11,516 bases of DNA from Candidatus Micrarchaeia archaeon (GTDB taxonomy: Archaea; Micrarchaeota; Micrarchaeia; Micrarchaeales; CABMGC01), in contig JBMFUT010000023.1 in the NCBI GenBank assembly GCA_049966395.1, forward strand, positions 1 through 11,516, read 5' to 3'. Position numbers and translations under genes: made by a program. Numbering within the stretch: position 1 is the stretch's first letter; each line of letters opens with the position of its first letter. The notes under the pieces were generated by a model. It did no database searches. It saw only the letters and a program-made list of their open reading frames with translations, and was not told the origin of the DNA. Positions 1 to 6,750 of the stretch are shown piece by piece.

Positions 1-69
1 GGCAACAACGGACAGATAAATGGCGTTAACTTTGTCAGCAACTGGTGGAATGGCTACACGCCTCCATAA
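1..69 (+). CDS. 3' end of a gene running in from the left edge, possibly a LamG/concanavalin-like secreted protein (partial)
   Basis: Frame +1 reads GNNGQINGVNFVSNWWNGYTPP then TAA at 67-69. It resembles the '(DxSG)NGNNG...' ending I recall from LamG-domain surface proteins. Only 22 codons are visible. Confidence 0.5.
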   Translation, partial: GNNGQINGVNFVSNWWNGYTPP

Positions 70-136
70 TCGCAATGCAAAAAGGCAACAAGGCGCAAGT
101 TCTTCTGCGGACATAATGCATGAAGTGCACTCATTG

Positions 137-1063
137 CTAAAACGAACTGAAGTCTATTATCCCGGCCATCAGTTCCTTCGCCCTTGCCAGCGAAAGGGGT
201 CGCATGCCTTTCTTTTTAGCATAGGCGCACTGATATCTTATGTATGCCTCGTTTATCTTGGTGTTTGGATTTATCTCCTTGCAGCGCTGTATGTAGTTGT
301 ATATTATCGAGAATGCCTCCTCCTCGCTGAGCCCCCTTATGTTTGTCAGGTATGGAGCCAGCACAAGGTTTACTACCCTGTGCCTGAAGTCAGGTATGGG
401 AGTGTTTAGGAGTTGTTCTATCCAGCCGTAGCGCTTGCCCTGCGTTGCTGGGATCTGCGCAACCTCCGCCCTTGGCTGTTTCACGCTCTTCGCATACGCC
501 GAGACTTCCTTAGGTATTTCGGAGCTTTTTATCGGAAGCCCCGAGAGCACTTTCTTCTTTGCGGCCTCCGCAAGAAGCTGCACTACGGCGTATTTGTTCA
601 AGTATACGAAGCCGTCGCGCATGTTCTGGTGGATGAGGGCGAATTCCTCCCTGTCGTTGGGCACAACCTTAAGATAGTCGTAAAATGCAATCTTGAAATC
701 CTTTCCTTCGATAGAGGCGGGGCACCCGAGCTCTTTTGAGATTCTTAGTATGTTTTCTTCAGACTCTTCTACCAGGGCGCCAAGGATCCTCTTTGCCTCG
801 CCCTCTGCAAAAAGCTTGATTGGATGCGCTCCCATGACGCTTACCAGGAGCCTTGCAAAGGCGTAGCTTACCAGATAAGTCTTCTTCAAATCAGAATAGC
901 CTGTCTTGAGAAACTCCGCCTTTCCTGCAAAGTCTTCTTCAAGCCTGATCTTCGCTGCGTCGAGGTATGACTTCTCAACCTTAGTTATGTTTAGAGCAGA
1001 AACTATGCTTTTTGCCTCTTCCGAAAAAGGATACTTGTAAGCGAAATCCAAATCGTCAGGCAT
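137..1063 (-). CDS. priL: DNA primase large subunit with a C-terminal PriX-like domain and no 4Fe-4S domain
   Basis: N-terminal 'FAYKYPFSEEAK', 'SYAFARLLVS...FAEGEAKR' and 'FYDYLK...FALIHQNMRDGFVYL' match the archaeal PriL N-terminal domain, and the gene lies close to pcn. The C-terminus 'WIEQLLNTPIPDFRHRVVNLVLAPYLTNIRGLSEEEA' is PriX-like. ATG at 1063 is preferred over TTG at 1078 because a TATA-like element lies about 25 nt upstream. Confidence 0.88.
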   Translation of the reverse strand: MPDDLDFAYKYPFSEEAKSIVSALNITKVEKSYLDAAKIRLEEDFAGKAEFLKTGYSDLKKTYLVSYAFARLLVSVMGAHPIKLFAEGEAKRILGALVEESEENILRISKELGCPASIEGKDFKIAFYDYLKVVPNDREEFALIHQNMRDGFVYLNKYAVVQLLAEAAKKKVLSGLPIKSSEIPKEVSAYAKSVKQPRAEVAQIPATQGKRYGWIEQLLNTPIPDFRHRVVNLVLAPYLTNIRGLSEEEAFSIIYNYIQRCKEINPNTKINEAYIRYQCAYAKKKGMRPLSLARAKELMAGIIDFSSF

Positions 1064-1082
1064 AATAGGAAATCTCAACCAA

Positions 1083-1100
1083 AAATATTAACCTTTTGCT
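1083..1100 (-). promoter_or_regulatory. Putative BRE/TATA promoter for priL (probably leaderless transcript)
   Basis: Minus strand reads AGCAAAAGGTTAATATTT: a purine run followed by TTAATAT, about 22-28 nt upstream of the ATG at 1063. Confidence 0.45.
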
Positions 1101-1104
1101 GCGG

Positions 1105-1389
1105 TCAGTCCCAAAGCTCTTTGAGGTCCTTGCCGCTGAAAAGTATTTCCTTCAGCTCCTTAGCCATTGCAGCGTCGTGCCTTCTTATCCATTCCAAAAG
1201 CAGAGTGGCATGCTCTTTTTCGTCATCGCGGTTGTGCGCCAGCACCGCGGCCAATGACCTGTCCTTAGTTGCGCTGACTCTCTCGTCATACCACATCATT
1301 GCCTGAAGCTCTTCGACAAGCGACTGCCTTGCCCTGTTCAGGTCCTTTGTTTTCTCGTCTACATTTTCCTCGTACGCCAAAATCACCAT
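1105..1389 (-). CDS. Ferritin-like protein of the encapsulated ferritin (EncFtn/Flp) family
   Basis: 'RARQSLVEELQAMMWYDER...LAHNRDDEKEHATLLLEWIRRHD' matches the two-helix EncFtn pattern (SLxEELxAxxWYxxR...HNxxEExEH...LEWIRR). The start is uncertain (TTG 1392, ATG 1389, GTG 1386 or TTG 1380). Confidence 0.88.
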   Translation of the reverse strand: MVILAYEENVDEKTKDLNRARQSLVEELQAMMWYDERVSATKDRSLAAVLAHNRDDEKEHATLLLEWIRRHDAAMAKELKEILFSGKDLKELWD

Positions 1390-1411
1390 CAATATTCATT
1401 GCATGAAAGCT

Positions 1412-2155
1412 TCAGCTTTCTATGTAGGGCGCCAAATAGTATGTCACCGAGGCATCGCCAATGTTGTAGCTGACCTTCAATGGCTCGTTTGTCTTCATTG
1501 ATATGCTCATAGAGCTACCCATAGGGCACGCCTTAACTATGTTCTCCAGGTACTCGAGATTGAAAGTGACATCTGCGCCCTTGTCGGCCTTAAGCTTCTT
1601 TACTATGCTTCCGTCTACACCGTGCAACTCTTCCAGTTCTCCAGAATCACCGTGGGCGTTTATGACAAGTTCGTCCTTAGAAGCCTTGAATGCTACATAC
1701 GAAGATATCAGACTTGCGTCCTTTATTATTTCCTTTAGCGGATCCCCGGCAACCTCTGCGGTCGCGTCGAATTCCACGTTCGGTTCCTTCTCCACGTTTT
1801 TCCTTATGTCGATCATTGGCAGCTTGTATCTCCTCCTGCTGTTCTCGCCTATAAACTCCAACAGCAGCTTGCCATTTGTATCTTTCATCACAAGAGACTC
1901 GTTGTCCCTTGTCCTTGAAAGGACCTTGCTGAGGTTCTCCAAGTTGAGGCCGACGCTTGTGTTCTTCTCGACGTCGTACTTCTCGAAGGCCTTGCTCGGT
2001 ATGAAGAATGAAACCATGCTTATGCTAGAAGGATCCATTGCGCGGAGGCTTATTCCTTCGCTCGAAATTGTGAAAGACCCTTCGTCTACAAGGTTCACTA
2101 TTGATTCTACACAGTCCCTCCAGTATTTCGCATTAGAAATCTTGGCCTCAAACAT
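1412..2155 (-). CDS. pcn: DNA polymerase sliding clamp (PCNA)
   Basis: 247 aa with 'MFEAKI', 'GISLRAMDPSSISMV', 'FNLEYLENIVK' and the C-terminal 'YYLAPYIE'. A GGGGG run (SD-like) lies just upstream. Confidence 0.98.
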   Translation of the reverse strand: MFEAKISNAKYWRDCVESIVNLVDEGSFTISSEGISLRAMDPSSISMVSFFIPSKAFEKYDVEKNTSVGLNLENLSKVLSRTRDNESLVMKDTNGKLLLEFIGENSRRRYKLPMIDIRKNVEKEPNVEFDATAEVAGDPLKEIIKDASLISSYVAFKASKDELVINAHGDSGELEELHGVDGSIVKKLKADKGADVTFNLEYLENIVKACPMGSSMSISMKTNEPLKVSYNIGDASVTYYLAPYIES

Positions 2156-2385
2156 TTTATAACCCCCTTTCTATTAAACTACAAATGCAAAATATTTATA
2201 TCATTCTATTGCAAGAAAACGAGAGCCAGCATGCTGCAAACTAAACTTTCATCAAAAGATAACACGATAAAGGTAAAATCTTGCAAGCCTATTTGCATTG
2301 CTCCATAGAGATGAGTCTTTCAAACGCTTTCTTTTATTGCCTGATGCCATGACAATCGATGCATTTGAGATGCAGCCCGGCTGTG

Positions 2386-2643
2386 CTACTTTCTTGAGAA
2401 CAGGAAGAAGAATATTATTGCTATTAATATTAGTACTATGGCGAGCGCTTCTGCGACAACTACCATTCCTTGAGAGCTGCCGAAGATTATTGGCACTGGG
2501 CCTATCATCACGACGCCGCCAAAGCCAGTTGTGACGTTTTTGCCTGCCTGGGGCCTTGCTGCGTTTGCAAAAGAGTAGATTATCAGTGCTGCGAAGCCTA
2601 TTGCGACAAGGACCATTCCTCCTACAAGCAGATAGTCGTACAT
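2386..2643 (-). CDS. DUF131 (TIGR00304) family small membrane protein
   Basis: Two hydrophobic helices flank the signature 'GFGGVVMIGPVPIIFGS'. ATG at 2643 (85 aa) avoids overlap with the divergent gene. Confidence 0.85.
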   Translation of the reverse strand: MYDYLLVGGMVLVAIGFAALIIYSFANAARPQAGKNVTTGFGGVVMIGPVPIIFGSSQGMVVVAEALAIVLILIAIIFFFLFSRK

Positions 2644-2659
2644 GATACAATTACATAAA

Positions 2660-2673
2660 CAATATATAAATAA
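2660..2673. promoter_or_regulatory. Putative bidirectional TATA element between the DUF131 gene and dtdA
   Basis: AATATATAAATAA reads TATATAAA on + and TTTATATA on -. It lies roughly 20-30 nt from both the ATG at 2643 (-) and the in-frame TTGs at 2689/2698 (+). Confidence 0.5.
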
Positions 2674-3498
2674 TTGGCGCAATCTGAATTGGATTTATTG
2701 ATAGGGATAGTATATTCTACTGCCGACATTGCCTCTACAAATATCGCAAAGGCGATTATAGAAAGGCACGGATTCTCTGAGCATGGGGAGATTTGGGAGC
2801 TAGGCAATATACATGTAATCAGGACAGAATCTAGGCTAGTTGAAGCTGATTTCCTCGACGAGTTGCACGCCGAAGTGCTGGTAATGCTGAGCAAGCATAG
2901 CAGTGCAGCTGGAATCGGCGCGTTCACAACGCACCCTACAGGAAACTGGGGGAAAGAAGCTAAGCTTGGAGGTAAACCTAAGAGACTTTCCGTAGCGGCG
3001 CCAGTGCAGATGCTTGAGGTGCTCAAGAGCATTTCGAAGATTGGAGCTGAAGGCATGCAAGCGATTTACGAAGCAACACATCATGGACCTCTGCTTAAGA
3101 CGCCATCTCTTTTCGTGGAGCTTGGAGGAAACAGCGCGGTAGTTGAAAATACCAAGCTTGCGGAGAAGGAGGCTGATGCTATAATGGAAGCGATTGGGAC
3201 TTTTGGCAAGGAAGAAGAATATTCCAAAATCGCGATAGGCATAGGGGGAACGCACTATCCTAGCAAATTTTCAAGGCTTGCTATAGAAAAGGGGTATGCA
3301 TTCGCCCACATAATGCCCAAGTATGCCATATTCAATCAGGACGGAAGCGACAATGCTGACATGCTCGAGCAGGCGGTTGAGATGTCTTCAAAGAGGCCCG
3401 AAGTTGCGGTAATAGAGTGGAAAAGTATAAATGCTGCTACTCGGAATATCATTACTGCAAAACTTGAAAAAATGGGAATGCCATATGAAAAGGTTTGA
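2674..3498 (+). CDS. dtdA: Archaeal D-aminoacyl-tRNA deacylase (DTD2/GEK1 family)
   Basis: Motifs 'DIASTNI', 'LSKHSS', 'FTTHPTGNW', 'YEATHHGP', 'PSLFVELG', 'GIGGTHY' and 'FAHIMPKY'. The true start is probably the TTG at 2689 or 2698. Confidence 0.95.
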   Translation: MAQSELDLLIGIVYSTADIASTNIAKAIIERHGFSEHGEIWELGNIHVIRTESRLVEADFLDELHAEVLVMLSKHSSAAGIGAFTTHPTGNWGKEAKLGGKPKRLSVAAPVQMLEVLKSISKIGAEGMQAIYEATHHGPLLKTPSLFVELGGNSAVVENTKLAEKEADAIMEAIGTFGKEEEYSKIAIGIGGTHYPSKFSRLAIEKGYAFAHIMPKYAIFNQDGSDNADMLEQAVEMSSKRPEVAVIEWKSINAATRNIITAKLEKMGMPYEKV

Positions 3499-5482
3499 GA
3501 TTTTAGCTGTGGCAATTGCCATTGCAATAACACTCAATGCAGTCAGCGCCGAATACTGGTTCCAGACAGGAGCAAGAGCGGGTAACAGCGCGGCTTACAA
3601 CAATGGCGCCAGCGTAGAGATCCAAACGATAACCCCACAGCATCCATTTTCTGGGTCTTACGGCTTTTGGATAGGAGAAGATCTGCAAAATGGCGCCTTC
3701 TTGCAAGTAGGGTATGTTGTTGAAAACCAGAGCGGGGACTACACGTCAAGCTGCACAACCTCAGGCTGCACTGGGGATGAGTACATAAACGCCGGAGATG
3801 CGGAATGGTTCTATGAATACTTTCCCAGCAGAAGCAACATCAGCTTCCTTGGAGGGATAGGGCCTGACGGATCGGCTGGAGCCAACGGGACCTTCAACAC
3901 TTATTCATTTTACTCTATCGGCGACACGTGGTACTTCATGTTCAACGGTAACGTAATAGGAAGCGCAAACTTGGGGACTTCTACTTCTGGGCCCAACGTG
4001 CCAACTGCAATAGTCGAGGCTGCAAATGCGAGCAATGCAAATGATTTCATCATTCCTGTTGCGTTTTCAAACCTTTCAGCATATATAAACGGCAGGTACG
4101 ACCCTGTCGCTAAAGGCTATGCGACAATAGGTTATGGCTATGGAAGCAAAGAGACTCTTCAGAATCCTTATGGTGTCAAAGAAATAGGCAACAGGGTAAA
4201 CTATTTTGAGGCTGGATCTGGTCTGCCGCAGCCCCAGACTGGCACAGAGCTGTGGTCGCTTGGGTACAGGCTGAGGATTGTGTCAGATTACGCCAACATA
4301 AGCGGCAGCGTCCCATACGCAGCTTATTCTGCGGTGGGAATCTCTGCGCCTGAGTATGTTAACATAAGCAAAGGCGTGCGCGCGGTTTTCCAAGGATGGA
4401 TTGGCTCTGGATTGGGCTCGTATACAGGCATAATGAACAACGTCACACTGCAACTCGACAGCAACATAACTGAAACTGCCGAATGGCAGCTGCAGTACTT
4501 CGTAAACATTTCATCTGCCTACAATACCGCTTCGGGAAGCGGATGGTATAACAACGGGAGCGTTGCGTACTACAGCATTGACAATGGAACGGTATATTAC
4601 AACGCAACTGCAAGGGAAGTCTTCACTGGGTGGAGCAATGGAAATGACAAGCTCTCAGGGAAGCTGATTGTCAATGCACCAGAGCAGATAGCCGCAATAT
4701 GGCAGAAGGAGTTCCTAGTAAACGCCACTTCTTCTCTGCCGAGCATAGGCGCGACTGGAAGCGGATGGTATCCCAATGGAACAATAACGAACCTGTATGT
4801 AGACGGTACCACGCTTAACCTCAGCAGCTCCGAAAGATACGCGTTTGTCGGGTGGAGCAACGGAGTTCGCAACGCTTCTTTCCAAATCGCTGTTGATAAG
4901 CCAGTGCAAGTCGAGGCGCTCTTTGACATGCAGTATCTGGTCACTTTGCAGGGAGTGGACGAATACGGCAATCCTGTACAAGCCGAGAGCTTCTATATAG
5001 ACGGAAAAGACTACGGCACAAGCGCCTTCCTTACGGCAAACGCCACTTACAATGTGACTGGCGCGCTCTACAATGGTGCAATGGTCAGAGCTTCACAAGC
5101 CATAAGCGTTGACGGGCCTTCTGTGGTGCAGGTCAAACTGCCACTCTACAATGTAAGCGTAAAGGTTACTGATTTCTTAGGCATACCTGTGAACTCTCTT
5201 ATAGTGGCAAAGTTCTCCAACATGACTACTTCTGATTTCTATACTGGCGGCAGAACTATAACCCTCAAAGACGTTCCTTACGGCTATGTGAACGCAACAG
5301 TATACAATCTCGGCATAGGTTACCATGCGTCAACCCGCAGTGGGATTGGATTGCAGGAAACCGTATTCTCATTGTACGACATTGCCATAGCGATTATTGT
5401 GCTGGCGGCTATCTTTTCTTCATATGAAATATCAAAGAGACATTATTCCAAGGGAGCTGCACCGCAACAGGGCAATAAATAG
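3485..5482 (+). CDS. Secreted, C-terminally membrane-anchored protein with an N-terminal glutamic peptidase (G1)-like domain and a beta-repeat stalk
   Basis: From ATG 3485 (665 aa): Sec signal peptide MKRFEILAVAIAIAITLNAVSA; motifs FWIG...FLQVG, WFYEYFP and TAIVE; three 72-77 aa repeats; C-terminal TM IAIAIIVLAAIFSSY followed by basic residues; many N-x-S/T sequons. The CDS is well supported, the peptidase call is moderate. Confidence 0.75.
   Translation: MKRFEILAVAIAIAITLNAVSAEYWFQTGARAGNSAAYNNGASVEIQTITPQHPFSGSYGFWIGEDLQNGAFLQVGYVVENQSGDYTSSCTTSGCTGDEYINAGDAEWFYEYFPSRSNISFLGGIGPDGSAGANGTFNTYSFYSIGDTWYFMFNGNVIGSANLGTSTSGPNVPTAIVEAANASNANDFIIPVAFSNLSAYINGRYDPVAKGYATIGYGYGSKETLQNPYGVKEIGNRVNYFEAGSGLPQPQTGTELWSLGYRLRIVSDYANISGSVPYAAYSAVGISAPEYVNISKGVRAVFQGWIGSGLGSYTGIMNNVTLQLDSNITETAEWQLQYFVNISSAYNTASGSGWYNNGSVAYYSIDNGTVYYNATAREVFTGWSNGNDKLSGKLIVNAPEQIAAIWQKEFLVNATSSLPSIGATGSGWYPNGTITNLYVDGTTLNLSSSERYAFVGWSNGVRNASFQIAVDKPVQVEALFDMQYLVTLQGVDEYGNPVQAESFYIDGKDYGTSAFLTANATYNVTGALYNGAMVRASQAISVDGPSVVQVKLPLYNVSVKVTDFLGIPVNSLIVAKFSNMTTSDFYTGGRTITLKDVPYGYVNATVYNLGIGYHASTRSGIGLQETVFSLYDIAIAIIVLAAIFSSYEISKRHYSKGAAPQQGNK
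4265..4933 (+). repeat. Three tandem protein-level repeats (77, 72 and 74 aa) in the surface protein
   Basis: Units at 4265-4495, 4496-4711 and 4712-4933 share (Y/F)xxxxxS...GSGWYxxG...RxxFxGW...AxWxxQ/E (unit 1 is more diverged). This resembles divergent InlB-B-type repeats and the stalks of thermopsin-like proteins. Confidence 0.7.
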
Positions 5483-5542
5483 GCGGCATTTTCAATAATC
5501 AGATAGAATTTTATCTTTTTATATGTCAATAAATATGATTCG

Positions 5543-6064
5543 ATGCGCGTCGCTATAGTTATTCCGCCAAAGGATTTCAAGGACGAGACCGTGGCAGGGA
5601 TAAAGCTCATGCTTGAAAAGTGGCACGTGCAAGTGATCGTGTCAAGTTACACTTCTGAGGAGTGCATTGGCTACCACGGCGCAATATACAAGCCCGGAAT
5701 TGATGCGACTAAGCTTGGCGACGAAAAACTTGACGCGGTGGTTTTTGCAGACGGGCCTGGCGTTGACGAATACAAGCTTTACGATTTTAGGCCGCTGCTT
5801 GACATGGTGAGGAACTTCAATTCTTCAGGAACGCTCATAGGCGCGATTGGCAACGCGGTCAAGATAATTGCAAGGGCAAACATAATAAACGGCGTCCATA
5901 TTTCAGTACCGAACGATGGGGAAACAATAAGGCTCGTGCAGCTATACAAGGGAATTCCGTCTGGCAAAAGCGTAGAGCTTGAAAAGAACATAATATCTGC
6001 AAAAGGGCACGAAAGCGCTACCGAATTTTCAAATGCTGTTCTTGACAGGTTTGGGCTGCGCTGA
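5543..6064 (+). CDS. DJ-1/PfpI family protein, apparently lacking catalytic residues
   Basis: 'MRVAIVIPPKDFKDE', 'LDAVVFADGPG', 'LIGAIGNAVKIIARANII' and 'VELEKNIISAKG' follow the DJ-1/PfpI pattern. The nucleophile elbow reads AIGNA instead of AICxG/A. Confidence 0.85.
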   Translation: MRVAIVIPPKDFKDETVAGIKLMLEKWHVQVIVSSYTSEECIGYHGAIYKPGIDATKLGDEKLDAVVFADGPGVDEYKLYDFRPLLDMVRNFNSSGTLIGAIGNAVKIIARANIINGVHISVPNDGETIRLVQLYKGIPSGKSVELEKNIISAKGHESATEFSNAVLDRFGLR

Positions 6065-6373
6065 GTATGTTATGTGGTTCTCGCAGCCGCATGCACATTT
6101 GTATACTACATACCTTCCGGAGCTTGCTAGCCTTACGCTGCAGTTGAAGCCTGGCACCATGAAGCTGCCGCAGCATTTGCATATTCTAGCCTTTATGCTG
6201 CCGGGAATGCGCACTCCGTAATGGCTGCTTATCTCCCTTGCTATGCGCACATACTTCTTGGCAAGCTTCTCAGAATCCGCAACGCCTGAAATTTCTATCG
6301 CTTCGGCAAGGCGCGCAAGCCGTGATATGCGCCAAGAAGCGACCGCGTTGACAACGCCGCTGTTCTTTACCAT
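6029..6373 (-). CDS. rnp4: Ribonuclease P protein component 4 (Rpp21/Rpr2)
   Basis: 'LAKKYVRIAREISSHYGVRIP...RICKCCGSFMVPGFNCSVRL...VVYKCACG' matches the Rpp21 helical hairpin plus zinc ribbon. ATG at 6373 preferred; TTG at 6382 is an alternative. Confidence 0.92.
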   Translation of the reverse strand: MVKNSGVVNAVASWRISRLARLAEAIEISGVADSEKLAKKYVRIAREISSHYGVRIPGSIKARICKCCGSFMVPGFNCSVRLASSGRYVVYKCACGCENHITYSAQPKPVKNSI

Positions 6374-6426
6374 GCTAACCAACAGTAACTCTATTCTAGA
6401 ACGGAAAAGACTGGCAAATCTTTAGG

Positions 6427-6681
6427 CTACATTGCCTTGTTCTGCGACTTGTCGTAGTCCAGCCAGCTGTTGTACGTGTTCATGTCCCTCTGCTGGAGCC
6501 TGCTCAGCACTTCCTTCCTTATCTCTGCTGATGTTACAGAGCTCCTGCTCGCGAACATGTTTTCTATTTCGCTGGCTATCGCCCTGGCAATATCCGGACG
6601 TCCCCCTGCCTTCACTATTGCCACTACTATCTTTTCCCTTACAAATTCCTCCTCGCTTCCGTCTCTCCTTTTTACCTTCAT
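6427..6681 (-). CDS. Stand-alone ATP-cone domain protein
   Basis: 84 aa consisting only of an ATP cone: 'MKVKRRDGSEEEFVREKIVVAIVKAG...VTSAEIRKEVLSRL'. Confidence 0.88.
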   Translation of the reverse strand: MKVKRRDGSEEEFVREKIVVAIVKAGGRPDIARAIASEIENMFASRSSVTSAEIRKEVLSRLQQRDMNTYNSWLDYDKSQNKAM

Positions 6682-6702
6682 TTTACCGATAGCAAATGTA
6701 CT

Positions 6703-6720
6703 AAGAAATTATATAAACTT
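6703..6720. promoter_or_regulatory. Putative bidirectional TATA element between the ATP-cone gene and kae1
   Basis: AAGAAATTATATAAACTT gives a purine run plus TTATATAAA on + and TTTATATAA on -. It sits in the 69-nt divergent gap between ATG 6681 and ATG 6751. Confidence 0.55.
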
Positions 6721-6750
6721 ATTCGGCGCAAAGTGAGCATAGGTGTACAC

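Noticed and set aside
20..739. Plus-strand ORFs 20..409, 413..739 and 435..677
   Set aside because: They are antisense shadows of priL with no recognisable motifs.
1503..2162. 219-aa plus-strand ORF
   Set aside because: Antisense to the unambiguous pcn gene; its Ser/Phe/Leu-rich composition is typical of a shadow frame.
2252..2658. ORFs 2252..2650 (-), 2298..2534 (+) and 2470..2658 (+)
   Set aside because: They overlap the DUF131 gene in other frames or strands and lack family motifs.
3431..3484. N-terminal extension of the 683-aa ORF as given in the track
   Set aside because: It lies inside dtdA; ATG 3485 gives a clean signal peptide.
6062..6190. Cys-rich ORF (CKCC, CACGC) as a metallothionein or Fe-S protein
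   Set aside because: It fits the Rpp21 zinc ribbon; the extra Cys residues are minor variation.
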